Positions 38,915 to 52,511 of a DNA stretch of 64,000 nt are shown here, piece by piece; position 1 is the first letter of the stretch, and each line of letters begins with the position of its first letter. This stretch comes from Callorhinchus milii (Eukaryota), in contig NW_024704742.1 in NCBI RefSeq assembly GCF_018977255.1, positions 8,806,001 to 8,870,000 on the forward strand, written 5' to 3'. The position numbers and the translations under genes were made by a program. The notes beneath the pieces are model-generated. The model was not told where the DNA came from. It saw only the letters and a program-made list of their open reading frames with translations, and searched no databases.

Positions 38915-39015
38915 TCATTGGGTCTTGCACTGAACATCATTAGCAGCAGCAGAAGAGGACTTCTTCCACCAATCCTTACGATCATTCTTCTCAGGGTTCT
39001 TCTGAGGACTTTCAC
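38915..39015 (-). CDS. CENPE: CENPE last coding exon (GESPQKNPEKNDRKDWWKKSSSAAANDVQCKTQ*)
   Basis: Ends in CKTQ, the farnesylation CaaX box of CENP-E; gtcag acceptor; phase matches the previous exon. Confidence 0.92.
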
Positions 39016-39986
39016 CTGACAACAAATAAAGTACATTAAAGAACAAAAATAATTATATTCAACTTGACTACACTTGTAACTGAGGGTATTGCGGGGGATT
39101 AAACATCTCTCCTCCGAGACTTGGGGAGAAAGTTCCTGAATATATTTCTTTCAAGGAACAAGGAATGTGGTCATTATTATTTCAGGTACTGGGAGCAGCT
39201 TTTCAGTGCTTACATTAAGCCAATACTGAAATAATAATAATCCTTGCATTTGATATAGCGCCTCATCACATCTTTGAGACGTCTCAAAGCTTCACAGAAT
39301 GCACTGTAAAATGAATTGACTGTACACTTTGTGGGAGAAAAGCGGCAGCCAAATTGCGCACAGCAGTGTTCCGACAAAGAGTCGTGGATTGAGTAACAAA
39401 ATTATTATTATTTTTTCTTCAACAGATTATTACCCCCAACAACCAGGTTCCTACTTATTGCTAAGTCAACAGAGGTGTGTGGAGTTAAGAAACTTGCCCA
39501 ACTTTTGCCCAGGCTGGGAAACAAACCTGGGTCCTCTTGCTTGCGAGGCGAGGGCTCAAATCTCTAAACTACAGGATTCCAAGTCTAAGCATCAAACTCC
39601 TAGAACAATCTGACATGCTGAAAAGTTACTCTGATATGCAGCACTGAAATAGCAGCAACTTTGCTCCTCCATTGCTAAAAGCAGCAGTATTGAATCATTA
39701 GCAGGCATGGGTGAAATTGATTCCTTGAAGTTGGTGTGGTGGTGGGGGGAAGAGGAGGTGCATCCCTGACAAACGTAAAGTTTTAACCCACTTTAAACTG
39801 CAGAAACAATACAAATTTACATACCAAGATATCTTACAGAATACACAATTTACAGAATGCACTTTTCTTAACTTATATTCTATGGTATAGAAGCCAAATA
39901 TAAAACACGTTTTATCCCAAGTCATATCCTTTATGAGTTGGGATACCTTTGGGTCTCTTACTTTCCTCAAATGCAGAATTCCTTAC

Positions 39987-40291
39987 CTGCCAATGACCCC
40001 AGACCTGAATTATCAAAAAACTTGGAGGGATGTGAAAGCCTTGATTGTGATTCCAAATTGAAGAACCTGCTTTCAGAAGAGTCAAAAGATTGTGTTTGTC
40101 CTTGAAAAGATGTTGAGACTTCTACTGAAGGTGGAACTTTTTGTGGAGATGACGTTTGTTGTTTGAGAGGCAATAGCAAAGTTGAAGGCACGTTCACATC
40201 TTCGGATTTCAGATCAAGTGCTCTCACCTCTTCCTTTCTTGCTAATTTTCCTTTCCACTTACGAATTTCACCTTCCCACTCTGCTGCAGAA
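39987..40291 (-). CDS. CENPE: CENPE tail exon (...SRFFNLESQSRLSHPSKFFDNSGLGSLA)
   Basis: Matches the recalled CENP-E tail motif HP..(Y/F)FDNS.LG; tttag acceptor, gtaag donor, 305 bp. Confidence 0.9.
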
Positions 40292-42600
40292 CTAAACATT
40301 TTAATAATGTCAGTATAATTTAATGTCAACAGCATGTTGCAACCTAAGTAAACATAAAAACTCTACCTTCATTATTGCATTATTTGTGTACATGTACCAG
40401 GCAAATTGGAGGCTAGGGTTTGATGAGGAAGAGACTGGATTGCATTCTCCTGTGGGGTGTGTGTGGCAGGTTGTGGCATTGAATGAGATCACAGAACATC
40501 GTAAACCTAAGCCTAAACCACCTTCATTGCTTTCATTAATTTCCAAAAGGCCTTCAACCTTGTGCCTTATGAAGCTCTCGGATTAAACTGGAAGATATGG
40601 GAATACATTGTCAAATTGTGGATTTTATCCAGAATGTGTATTCCAGATCCAAGATTCACGTGAGCCAAAGTGTCTTGAAAGTGGGGTAGGTTAAAGCTGT
40701 TCATTGTCTTAGTCAATGCATTTATGAGGTTTTGGATGGCATTGCAGGAGATGGACTCGGTGCATCAGTTTCAGGTCTTACTGACAGAGGAATTATGTGA
40801 TGGACATCTGCCTTCAGTGTAGTGTTAGGATCTTTACAGAGCAGCCTGTGACGTACCAGACCTTAATATTCTCTAGTCCAGGTCCAATGCTGCTTACCAG
40901 GCTTACTCAACACCAGCTGCTTAATCCAGAGTTTACCCCAAATCCACCTCAATACTTGATCCTGGACTTCACAAAGTGGCCAGACGACGGCTGTCAGGAA
41001 CCCTGAGACACCACCCACGTGAAGGACGCTATATAAATGCAAAATTGTTAGTTCATTCCCAGGAGCTCGAACCCATGAAGGAGAGCTGTTTGGTCTTATT
41101 GATAAGGATCAATAATGGGGGACATATCTTCAGTAAATACCCTTAAGGTCCCTATTTGAGCCATAACTCTGCACTGTGGGGTACCATCATCATGCTCCAC
41201 TGAGTGTCCCAGTGTTCAAGATGGTGAACATTAGTTTGAAGAGGCCATTTAGAATGTGACAATGAATTATAATTGGAACAATAGGTTTTTGGTCGTGAAG
41301 CTGTTAAAAAGGTACTGTTCACAAAATTACAGAAACTGAGGTTCAAGAGGGAATACATGCTGTTGGATGTCAGAGACAGAATGCAGCTTTGATGTAGAAT
41401 GTTCACAGCATAGTCACAATACTAGTCCACAATTTGAAGGGTTGGTCCATCATGAAAGTAGAATTTTCCAGCACAGAAGGAAGTCATTCGATCCACTTTG
41501 CCTTATACCAGCTCACTGACAGACCCACCTGCTTAGTCACAGCTCAAAATTGAGGCTGAGGCTTTATGCCACTTAGTGGGAAAACTTGCCAAACAGTGCT
41601 GTCCATGGCAAGCTATGCGGTTTTAGCTGGTTAGACTCCAGCAATTACCCCAATGCACACTTGGGGTCCCCAAGCCCTGGCTCTTGCCAACCTTGATCAC
41701 CCCCTCTCTTCTCTCACACACTCTCGCCCTCTCAATTACTCTTGCTCACTCCCCCTCTCTCTCTCTCACACACACACACACTCTCTCTCAATCCCCTCTC
41801 AAACTCAATCACTTTCCCCTCTATCTCATTTTCTTTCTCTCCCCGTCTCCCTCATATTCACTCCCCCCTTCACCCCTCAATCTCATTCAGACACTCTCCC
41901 TCTGCTCTCTACCTCTCTCAAATCACTCCCTCTCTCCCCACCACTCTCTCTTACTCCCCCTTTTTTACCTCTCTCACACTCCCCTCCCAATCAGCCGCGC
42001 GGGTACTTTCTGCAGCAGCAGAAGCCAGCGCTTGTTAAGGATGTGGTTGGTAGAGATGCGCTCGTCTTCCTGACAGACAATGGCAGGTATTATTTTCACT
42101 TTCCGTGTTGGGTCCTCCCAACCGCCAGCTCCTGCCGCTGCCCTGGAAGGATGTTCACCAGGGAGGGAAGGTAAATTGGAAATGGTCGCCGAATAAAATT
42201 ACCGACCGGGCCAGATATTAGACCACGCTGATTTAACTAATACATGGCAACTGTTGGACAAATTTGTAAAGCAGTGCTGGGTATCTTCCCATAAGATTTT
42301 GGGTGGATGAAAAAAAAATCATTTAGGCAACAGAAATTTTCTACACAAAAAGTAGAGTATTTGGTCTCATCTTTCCAAAATACCCACCCATATTCTAAAC
42401 AGCATCAAACAGTTGCCAAGTGGGTGCAGCTTCCTGACCTTCATCACAATGAATAAACATAAAAATATCCTATGGATTTGTTATCAATGTTAACCAGCAG
42501 TGTAGCTCCAGATATGATTATCCAAACTCCATCCAACTGTATGTAAATGAAGCAATTTTTTTAAATTGCTAAAACAAATATAATAGGACATCTTAACTAC

Positions 42601-42766
42601 CTTGATAGAGATTGATTTTTCCTTCTGAGCTGAGTAACTTCACGTTCGAGCTTTGCATTCTCTGACTGTAAAACGAGAACCAATGCACTCTGGACGATTC
42701 CACTCCCAGAACCACAAGTGGTTGGTGAATCAGAAGAACAAATCGCTTCTTCAGTTTGATCCACAT
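42601..42766 (-). CDS. CENPE: CENPE exon (PTTCGSGSGIVQSALVLVLQSENAKLEREV)
   Basis: Matches the CENP-E signature TCGGGSGIVQ..AL.LKSE...LE.E; 166 bp, phases consistent. Confidence 0.92.
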
Positions 42767-44401
42767 CTGAAGGTGCAAGTGACAAATATATTAGCATAAG
42801 TTGCTTCCTCCACCACAGAGCCCGCCTCTGACCGTACCTTACCCCAGATGCAGCCAAAACATTCGTCCCTGTATTCGTCACCCGCCCCCCCCACTGGTCT
42901 CTCCAGCTTCACCATGCACAGGATCCAGCTGATCCAAAACTCCACCACCTGCATACTCACCCATACTAAACTACGTAGCCCATCACACCAGTTTAAGCCA
43001 GTCTCCACTGGCTCCCCATCATCGAACGGATCGATTTCAAGATCCTCACACTCGTTTTCAACCTACCTCTCCAACCTGCTTATACCCCCCAACCCACTGC
43101 TTCCCCTCGCCGGCCTTGGTCATATGCATGTCCCTCATGCCCTCCATTCCACCATTGATGGCCGAGCTTTCAGTCACTTCACCCCGAAACTCTGGAATAC
43201 TCTTTCTCTATCCCTCCACCTTGCCTCCTCCTTCCTCATCTTCAGGTTGTGGCTGAAAAACTCCCTATTCGACTGTGCCTATGGTCACCTCTCGCTCCTC
43301 CAGCTCGGCGGTGTGCTTTGCTACTACTCTCCACGAGGGGCACTATATAAATGCAAGCTCCTGTTGTTAACAGACATTGTCAACCTCTCCTTGTCCACTG
43401 GCACCATTCCCACCCCCTTAAAACATTGCATCACCCCCACCCTCAAAAAACTTTCCCTGGTCACCAATTTCCAATCTTCCTTTTCTTTCCAAGGAGCTGG
43501 AACGAGTTATTGCTTCCCAGCTTCACTTTTCTTCTTATTGGTGGTGGAACCTTCAGCCTCTCTGCCCCAACCTTTGGAACTCCATCTCACAGTCCCTTCG
43601 CCTCATGCCCCCCCGCCCCCTGCCTCTTTCAAGGATCGTCTCAAGACTTTCCTCTTCAATGCGCCTTCGGTCACCCTCCCACCCTCTCCCTGTCCTTCAT
43701 CTCTCCTGTTCCCAACCCCCAGCTCCAGGTGAAAATCTTGACTATCCAGCACTGTGGGACTTTCTCCCGATGTGAACGGTGCTGTACACATGTAATTTGT
43801 TGTTGGTTTGTTAAATGGTCATAGAATTAGTATCTTGACTGACCTCATTCCATCTCGTCTGTATTGATTGCCCACTCCGCCTGAAAATGTGTACAGCACC
43901 TTTCACATCAGAAGGACATCCCAAAGCGCTTAGACAGTCAAGATTTTCACCCGGAGCAACAACAACTTGCTTTTATATTGCGCCATTCACGTAGCGAGGA
44001 TATCTCAAGGCCCTGGACAGTCAAACGTTTGCACCTGAACTGCGGGCTGTAGTCAAGAGGAGTGTAGACCATTGGGGTGGTAGTGGGAAGATGACAAAAA
44101 GGAAGGTCTTGAGACAGGTCTTGAAGGAGGCAAAGAAGAAGTTCTGGGATAAAGTTCGAGAGGGAGGGAGTAGAAAGGCTAAAGACCCGATGATGGAGCT
44201 GGTAGGGTGGGTGATGTGGAGCAGGCCAGTACCCGACAAGTGGAGAGGTTGGTTGGGCTTTAGGAGGTCTCAGAGGTAGGGTGGAGCAAGACTGTGGAGG
44301 GCTTTGAAGATGAAGACAAGGAGTGCTTTGAGAAGTCTCAACAACATGATAAGGCGCTATATCAAATGCAAGGATTATTATTAAGAATGAAAAGTACTAA
44401 C

Positions 44402-44499
44402 ATGAAATATTCTGCTGTGTTTGGTTTCTTCGAAGTTCTCGTTTCATGTTTCCCAGTAATTCATCCTTGTGCCTTGAACTGGCTGTTAGAGAAGAAACT
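44402..44499 (-). CDS. CENPE: CENPE exon (VSSLTASSRHKDELLGNMKRELRRNQ)
   Basis: ttgcag acceptor, gttag donor, 98 bp. Confidence 0.82.
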
Positions 44500-44584
44500 C
44501 TGCAAAACAATTATTCAGAATACTTACAATGTGGTCTAAGTGAAAGTATGTAATAGTAAAATGATAAGAGTCAATCATCCTTAC

Positions 44585-44697
44585 TGTTGTTCAAGGCGTT
44601 TGGTTTCGCTAATCTTCTCCAAGTCCAATTTGGAACATCTGTTTTTCAGATCAATAATTTCCTGTTTGAAGGGTTCAGTACATTTGTCCACACTAAC
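44585..44697 (-). CDS. CENPE: CENPE exon (EPFKQEIIDLKNRCSKLDLEK)
   Basis: Resembles CENP-E PYKEEIEDLK..LVK.DLEK; 113 bp, canonical splice sites. Confidence 0.88.
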
Positions 44698-46097
44698 CTG
44701 TAATTACCACAAAAACAGTGCAACAGTAATTGACATCCCTGTATTAAGAAAAATTCTCAACACAATATTATACATTTAAATAAATAAAGATACTTAGCAA
44801 GAAGTATCTTTTACTGTGCTCGTCTCTCCTCCCCTCCTTGCTATTCTCTCTGTTTTTATCCCTCCTTTCACCTCTCTGCACTTTTCTCTCTTTGCTCTTC
44901 TGCAAGCTTCTCAACTTTTGCACTTCTAATTTTCCTACACACATCCGTTCCCTGACCAGGACCCGTTTTTTTATTATTATTATTATTTTTCTGCCTCGGT
45001 CACATTGCCCACCTCACAACCAACGCACCCAAAACCCTTGTCCACACCTTCGTCACTTCCCGGCTGGATTATTGAAATGCCCTCCCGCTGCTCCCCCCAG
45101 CTCCAACATACACAAAATTAATCCAAAACTCCACCGCGTGAATACTCTCCCGCACAAAACTTTGTACCCCCATCACACCAATCCTTACCAGACTCCACTG
45201 GCTCCCAAACACTGAATGGATCGATTTCAAGATCCCTCACTCATTGTCAAATCCCTTCATGCCCTTTCACCTCTCTACCTACCTGCTATACCCCCCACTC
45301 CTCCACCTGCTGCCTCCACTCAGCTGGCTTACCCTCGTCCCCTCCACCATTGGTGGCGTGCCTTCAGCCATTATGCCCCAAAAATCTGGAACTTGCTCCC
45401 TCATCTCTCCCTCCTCACTTTCAAATCTTGCCTAAAGACCTTCCTTTTTGATCGTACTTGCAATCACCTCCCCCCTCCCTCACATCAGACTCCATCACTG
45501 TTAAGCGCCCGATAGGTAGGGAGGTGCGAGGGCATGAGGGATTTGACAACGAATGAGGGGATTTTGAAAGGTATGGAAGGCAGACAAAATGGTGGAGTAA
45601 AGCGGTCCTCGTCAAGCAACGGGTGTGGGGTAGGAAGGATAGCCATGGGGTGAACCTGATGCCTAGGTTGTGCACCGGTTCGGTGAGTCAGAGGGACAGG
45701 CAAACAAGACAAACAACAAGATGGTTAAAAACACAGTACGTTGCACCATTTGATAAATTACTCACTTACAATAGGCCACCTGTCCATCTGGAGTGAAGTT
45801 ACCGGAAAAGTGGTTCATTAAGAACTTTCTTAAAACTCATTGGTGCAGTAAAACCCAACAGTATGTAGAGCATGTTCAATGAGAAAGTTGTCATTTTGCT
45901 ACTTGTTCAATGTAGATTTTCAAGTAAATCACAAGATTTGGGGATTGGGAGGGGGGAAATGTTTCCGAGCACACCCATGTTCATTCATAAAATCTGCATG
46001 TTCTCGTCACACATTTATAATTCACACCTGTGGGTGGGCTGAAACGTAGGGCTACAAACCTAAACTTCATACATAGACATTGGTTGTGCTTACGTAC

Positions 46098-46301
46098 CTG
46101 CAGTTGTGTTGTAGCCTTCAAAAGATCTTGAATCTGATCGTTCTTTCTCACCAGTTCTGCCTGAAGAGCTTCAACCTTCTTGTCCAGAGGCTTGGAGCTG
46201 AATTCAGTCTGCAATGCCAATATTTTATTCTCCTGCAGCTTGCACTTCTCTCGACTCATCTCTAGTGCAATCTCAAGCTTTCCAATTTTCATCTCTCTAT
46301 C
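46098..46301 (-). CDS. CENPE: CENPE coiled-coil exon (DREMKIGKLE...ATTQLQ)
   Basis: 204 bp, phase 0/0, canonical sites. Confidence 0.85.
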
Positions 46302-47175
46302 CTACAATTATAAAAAGTAATAATGTGACTATATGTAATAACCCATCAGTTATTAGAACATTTAGGTCAAGCAGACTCCTTTAGATGCAATGTACAAATG
46401 AAAAAAGACTAATTGATATTATGAATACAAATAATAAGCCTTGTATTTGTATAGAGTCTTTCACATTAGGAGGAAGTCTCAAAGCACTTTATAGAATATA
46501 TTGTAAAGTGTAGTGACTGCGTTTTTTTTTGGTTGAAAGTAGTCAATTGCACACAGCTACTTCTTACAAACAGCCATGAAGTGAATGACCAATTTGGTGG
46601 ATTGTTTGGCATAATAACTTTGCATAAGTCATGTCAAATATATGGTCCCAACTGATATGACTTATGTGAGGTTTACTGTAGTGTAAAGAAATCAAAGTGG
46701 TTTTGATAAGAAATTGAATAGGACTTGGGTGAATGTACAATTTAGGCGATTATACGATTTATAATAATAATAATCCTTGCATTTGATATAGCCCTTATCA
46801 CATCTTCTAGATGTCTCAAAGCGCTTCACAGAATATACTGTAAAGTGAATTGATTGTGTATTTTGTGGGCGAAACGCGGCAACCAATTATACATAGCAGT
46901 GTCCCACAAACAGACATGGAGTGGATTGAGTGACCAAATTATTATTTTTTTTTTTGAAGAGATTATTATCCCCGGAAAAGTGATCCACCAATCGACTAAC
47001 AACCAGGTTCCTACTTACTGCTAGGTAAACAGAGCCGTGTGGAGTAAGGAAATGTTTTGCCCTGCCCAGGAATCGAACCCAGATTGCAAGGCAGATGTCA
47101 AACCACTAAGCTACAGGACTCCATGTATGGGCAGTATCAATAGCTCAGCAATTAAGCATTAACCACAATGAATAC

Positions 47176-47388
47176 CTGAATTGCTTGCTCAAATTTTCTG
47201 GGCAGCTCCTGGTCTTCCACAGTCTGTAATGGATCACATCTATTTTCAGTTGATTCACGTTCTCTTAGTGCTTGAATCTGTAGAAGTAATTCCTTGTTTT
47301 TTCTTCTCTGATCAGCCAATTGAAGATTAGAGTTTATGATGAATTTATTACGGGAATCCCACATTGGTGAAAAAATCTTCACTGTGCT
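47176..47388 (-). CDS. CENPE: CENPE exon (STVKIFSPMWDSR...FEQAIQ)
   Basis: 213 bp, phase 0/0. Confidence 0.82.
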
Positions 47389-47541
47389 CTGTAAGGGTAA
47401 AAGGAATGAAGTGTTAAATAAATCTAATTTCTAGACAAATTTAGCACTTTAATTAAATAAGAGCACAATGTTTTAAGTTTACAACAACATTAATGAATTA
47501 CATTTGTATAGCATCTTTCACGTCAGTTTATTAAATTAGAT

Positions 47542-48579
47542 CAGGGTCATCCAACAGGCTGCCCTCAGCCAGGCAGATGATTTAATCCGGCCCGAGACCA
47601 TTTCGAACTTTGGGCCTTGCGCTCCCTCCCTGGTGAACCGTCCTCTCACGGCAGCGGCAGGAGCCGATAGTCGAGAGGATGCAGGGCGCAGAGTGGAGAT
47701 AATGCCGGCTGTTGCGGCAATGTGTCAGGAAGTCATTCCTGACCTGAGGGGAAAGCAAGTGCTTATCAACCGCGTCCTTACCAACCTCCGGCTTCTGCCA
47801 TGTGAGGATGGTTCTGGGATGGAGGTAAAAGACGGCCCCAAATTGGAAATGGTCTCCGGCCAGATGAAATGATTGATCGACAGAGAGGAGGAGATCGAGA
47901 GAATAGAAGTTAGGGGGGGGGGAGAGAGAAAGAAACGGGGGTGGGGGGGGCAGAGAGAGAGAGTGATTGAGGGAGTGAGAGGGGGAGTGTGTGGGCAAGA
48001 GGGGAAGTGAGGGTGTGTGAGAGGGAAAGGGGGAGAAAATGATTGAGAGAGATGGGAAAGTATTAGCGAGAGAGAGAGAGTGATTTGAGAGAGACAGAGA
48101 GAGAGAAAAATGAGGTCAATGTTTTGTGGTTGGTTCATTGTCAGGACAGACAATCGGAAAAACTCCCTCCTCCCCAGTGAGAAACTCTATGTACTTCATT
48201 TACCCCACCCTCCCATACCACCTCCTAACTGACCATTCCCTTTGCCCAGCAAACACCTACTTGCCTCACCCCATCTGCCCCACAATTGCCATTTTGCCCT
48301 TGCTCTCTGGAGCTCCATTCCCAGAGACCCTCTAACCTGCTCCCTCCCCTTTTTCAAAGCACGTCAAGTCCTAACTTTTCCCCAAAACACCCCCATCGAC
48401 TCCCACCCCCAGTTACACCGCCACTGCTGGTTGGATGCCCAGCCGGCAGTGTTGAGACATCCTTCTGACATGAAAAGGGCGTTGTGTAAGCAAAACACAA
48501 AAATATTGCTTATGTGGTCCACAGACGTTTTTCAAATGGGGCATCTGTCCGTTGGCAGCCAAAAGGTTGGATCAGCCTG
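47542..48579. mobile_element. Probable hAT-type non-autonomous element with internal GA/CT-rich tract; related pieces at about 7560-7880, 9388-9462, 41700-42220
   Basis: Ends CAGGGTCATCCAAC and GTTGGATCAGCCTG are imperfect inverted repeats; no clear 8-bp TSD. Confidence 0.5.
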
Positions 48580-49789
48580 AGCCTGCTAGTTTTATTTGTT
48601 GAATGTAATTTTTTTTAAAACTCACGCCCACCTTTAACTGTAATTCTTGCAGGAATCCAGTCAAGCACAGCATTAGTGTAGAATCTCTAGTTCCACTGAC
48701 TATGTTCTTATATTCAGTGCATCTATTCCCTGGTGTCCTGGCCAACAAGCCCCCAAACAAAATTGGTCATTCACTTCATAATAATAATCCTTGCATTTGA
48801 CATCTTCTAGACGTCCCAAAGCACTTCACAGAATATATATTGTAAAGTGAATTGACTGTATATTTGTGGGCGAATGCGGCAGCCAATTGCTCACAGCAGT
48901 GTCCCACAAACAGTCGTAGATTGAAAATGACCAATTTATTATTGTTTTGTTTTTTTGGAGGGATTATTATTCATGGCTGTTTCTGGGATTTCGCTGTGCA
49001 CAAATTGGTTGCTGCAAATATACGATTGTCTCTGTGACGGTACGCTTATTGCCCAATACATTCATCTACAAATACATAATCACTGCTACACTTCTTAGGA
49101 AATCGCTTTGACCCAGCTCGATAATGTGGTGAGGCAGGATACCAAATTCAAGGGTTATTAAAAGCTCAATAAGAGATCAAACCTAAGGAAGGCTTTGGTA
49201 GTGTAATGCTGGTGAATTGACGTTGGAACCTTTTTTTGTCAGCTGCCAAGGTGGTCAGACACCTGTGGAATTCCAACACCATGCTAACAGTATTCAAACC
49301 AGAGTCCATATATGCACGTCACCCATACATGGATATTTCAGTCTGTTGGGAATGTCCACTCTCAGCTCTTAAAAGGATTTTTCCCACGATTCAATGCAGG
49401 ATGCATAATGGAGGGTAGGGGAGCGGCGTCACGAGTTAGGAGATGATTAATGCGAGTAGTGCAAAGAAATCTAAGTGGTTTTGATAGGAAACTGAATGGA
49501 AAATGGATGGATGTATGACTGGCCATTATACGATTTATAAAGATAAGACTTATGTTAGTTCTCCGGGACGCTATCCCGTGTGAAAGGCGCTGTATAAATG
49601 CAAATTGTTGTTGTAGAACGATCCTATTCCTATTCTGAATTTAGGTTCAGAAAATATTTCATGTTTAAATTAAAACAATGTAAAGATGACCAAGAGTGAT
49701 CATTAAATGTTTTTCATTATTTTTAGCTTGTTCAATTTTTTTTAGGATTGGATGCAACACTGAATTTTTTTTTAAAAAAAGCTACTTAC

Positions 49790-50005
49790 CAGGACTGTTT
49801 TCTTCAGCAGCTCAGTTTCCTCCTGTAGTCTCTTGTTTTCATGTTTGATTCTTTCAATTGTGCTGGATATATTTCCACTTGAATGATTTGAACTGTGATT
49901 CAGAAGTTCCTTTCGGGCATTGATCTCAAATTGTAATTCAGTTTCAGTGATGGTCAGATAGTTTTGATATTTTGAGTCCAATTCAGACAAATTCTGTTTG
50001 GTTTC
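49790..50005 (-). CDS. CENPE: CENPE exon (ETKQNLSELDSK...LKKTVL)
   Basis: 216 bp, phase 0/0. Confidence 0.85.
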
Positions 50006-52286
50006 CTGAACAAAAGATTAGACAGAATGGCATTTGCCACGTGAGGAGCTTTTTTAAAATATGTAAAGAACATTGCCAAGTACAACTCTTCCTATCGGGC
50101 CTCTTTGTTGGCAAATATTTTATAGTATTTTGAGCAAGAAAAAGCTTGACCAAAGTTACCAACTTGAAATAGACAGAGATGATCAAGATCAAACATCAAA
50201 TACCCATCAAACTATTCACATTGTACTTTTAGCATAAACACCAGCAACTCCTGGTGTTGAGGCATGTTTTCGTGTCTGGCACATGCGGAAACCCATCAAC
50301 TAAGAATATCCATGGAAATTTCCCTGTGTCTGAAATGAAATGCACACTCTCTTCCTGGAGGGACACCCTGATTTACCCAAGTCCAAGGAGTGTTCAGTGC
50401 AGGTTAGCAAGAGCCGGAGCTTGGGAACTCCACAGTGCGTATTGAGATACTGCTGGAGTTTAAACAGATAAAGCTAATATATCTTGCCACTGAGAGCAGT
50501 GTCTGGTAAGCTTGTCACTGCTTGTCCAGCGAGGACTACTCTATCAAGCTTAACAGGTGTTGAATAGGAAGAATCTCTCCTTCCAGTGGATGGTTTGCCC
50601 TCTAAATTCTGCCAATGGCCAGCCTGTCACCATCAGTGCCTGAGAGGATTGCAAACCCACGTGGTTCAAAGTGAGATGACCAGACAACTAAAAAAAGTCA
50701 GAGGGATTGACTTGATTCCGATCTTCCAGCAAAGCTCCAAAAAGACTTCACTTGCTCCCCTCCCACCCAGAGAATCCAATCACACCAGAAAATAGAACCA
50801 CCCAACATTGATCTGTTCTAAATTAAAATATTAATCACGGAATCTGAATGACTGTCAATAGATTTTATTTTATTTTGATGGAAACAGAGCTTAAGCCATT
50901 AAAAAGGGCGTCTGTTTTAGCACAATTGTATTTAATTGCAAAATATCCTTGTACTGAATATTGACAGTGTTCATTAACTGTATCAGAAGCTACTAGGACA
51001 GTGCTTCGATATTGGTTTACAAGTCCAGGAACAATGAGGGCAGAGAAATGCCTAGCATCTCACCACAAGGCAGCAAAGAATCTAAACCTTGGAAAGCACA
51101 CCATGCAAGCCATGATAATATGGGCAACACGGTTGCCTGGATCCGATATATTTGACGCACAAAATGACCAACTTCTGGGAGGTCAGTCAGGAAATCAGTT
51201 CGCCGATGATGTCACATCGCTTGCTGAATATTTCCTGAGAAAGCAGGTATTGATGGTCACTTCACACAGTGATATCAGTGACAACCCATAACGCAGCCAT
51301 TTTTAACATGGGAAATAGGCACTAGAAGCATCTTTTTCTGGTTTAGCACAGGTTGACCTGTGTATTTTTAGTTTTTATGAATTCTTAAGCTCAAATTGCC
51401 CAAAATACAACAGTCTTCAATGGTTGGTCTTAGAAGGATGCACTTTGACAAGTGTAGGCCATTCAGCCCCTTGAGCCTGTTCCACCATTCTATAAGATCA
51501 TGACTTATCTGTACCTCAAGTCCAATTATCCATCCTTGCCCCATATCCCTTGATACGCTTACTTAAATTCATCTCAGTCTTCAAAATTTTAATGGATCCA
51601 GCATCCACAACCTTTTGGGGGAGATTTCCACTGCCCTGTTGTGAAAAATTGCCTCTGGTTTCACTCCTAAATGGCCTAGCTGTAATTTTAAGATTGTACC
51701 CTCTTGTTCTGGATTCCCCCACCAGATGAAATAGTTTCTCTGCAGCTAACCTATCAAATCCCTTTATTATTTTAACAATCTTAATTAGATCATCCTTCAA
51801 CTTTCTAAACTCATGGGATTGTGTTGTTGGATGCAGCATTAAGTGTTGCAAACTTTCAAATGAAAAATTTGTATCACATCAATCAAATCTTGAACTAACA
51901 GCATTTTCACTCGCTGAACAATTTGTTTTTCTGATTGGAACTTGCAGCTTGCTGACTCTCCTATACAGTGCAGGGGATGTGCTGCATTGTTGGAGGTGAT
52001 GTCATTTGGTTTAGATGGTAAGCCGATGCCCATCAGCCTGTTCAGGTGGACATTAAAGATCCCATTACATGATTTGAAAAGAGAAGGCGTTTCTCCCAGT
52101 GATCTGGCCAATAATCCTAAATAATTCATTTCATGGCTGATTGTGGGACATTGCTGTGCTCAAGTCAACTACCTTGTTCACCCACAAAACACACAGTCAA
52201 TGCACGTTACAGAAAATCTTCAAAGGCCCTTTAGAAATGTAAGGTTTATTATTATTTTTATTATTTTTATCCAATTCAATGCCCAC

Positions 52287-52511
52287 CTGCAATTGTTGTT
52301 CTTTATTTTCAAGTAAGCTGGAAAGTCTTCTTATCTCCGAGTTTCTTTCTTCACAGTCTGGCAAGGGTAGATTAGCTGAATCAGAATTCAGAGCCCGTAG
52401 CTGTACAAGCAGTTCTTTTTGCTCCCTGTGCTCTTTTACTAGATCTGCATCAATTTTGGTGATGAGCGTCACAAATTTATTTTGATGATAAGGCACGGTG
52501 CTTAGACTAAT
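52287..52511 (-). CDS. CENPE: CENPE exon (ISLSTVPYHQNKF...EQQLQ)
   Basis: 225 bp, phase 0/0; EQKELL motif. Confidence 0.83.

Noticed and set aside
42848..43732. 294-aa plus-strand ORF
   Set aside because: Chance read-through of adjacent decayed L2 fragments, antisense within a CENPE intron
51001..51291. 96-aa ORF or snoRNA-like segment in a CENPE intron
   Set aside because: No recognisable protein similarity; box C/D-like words are on the strand opposite the host transcript
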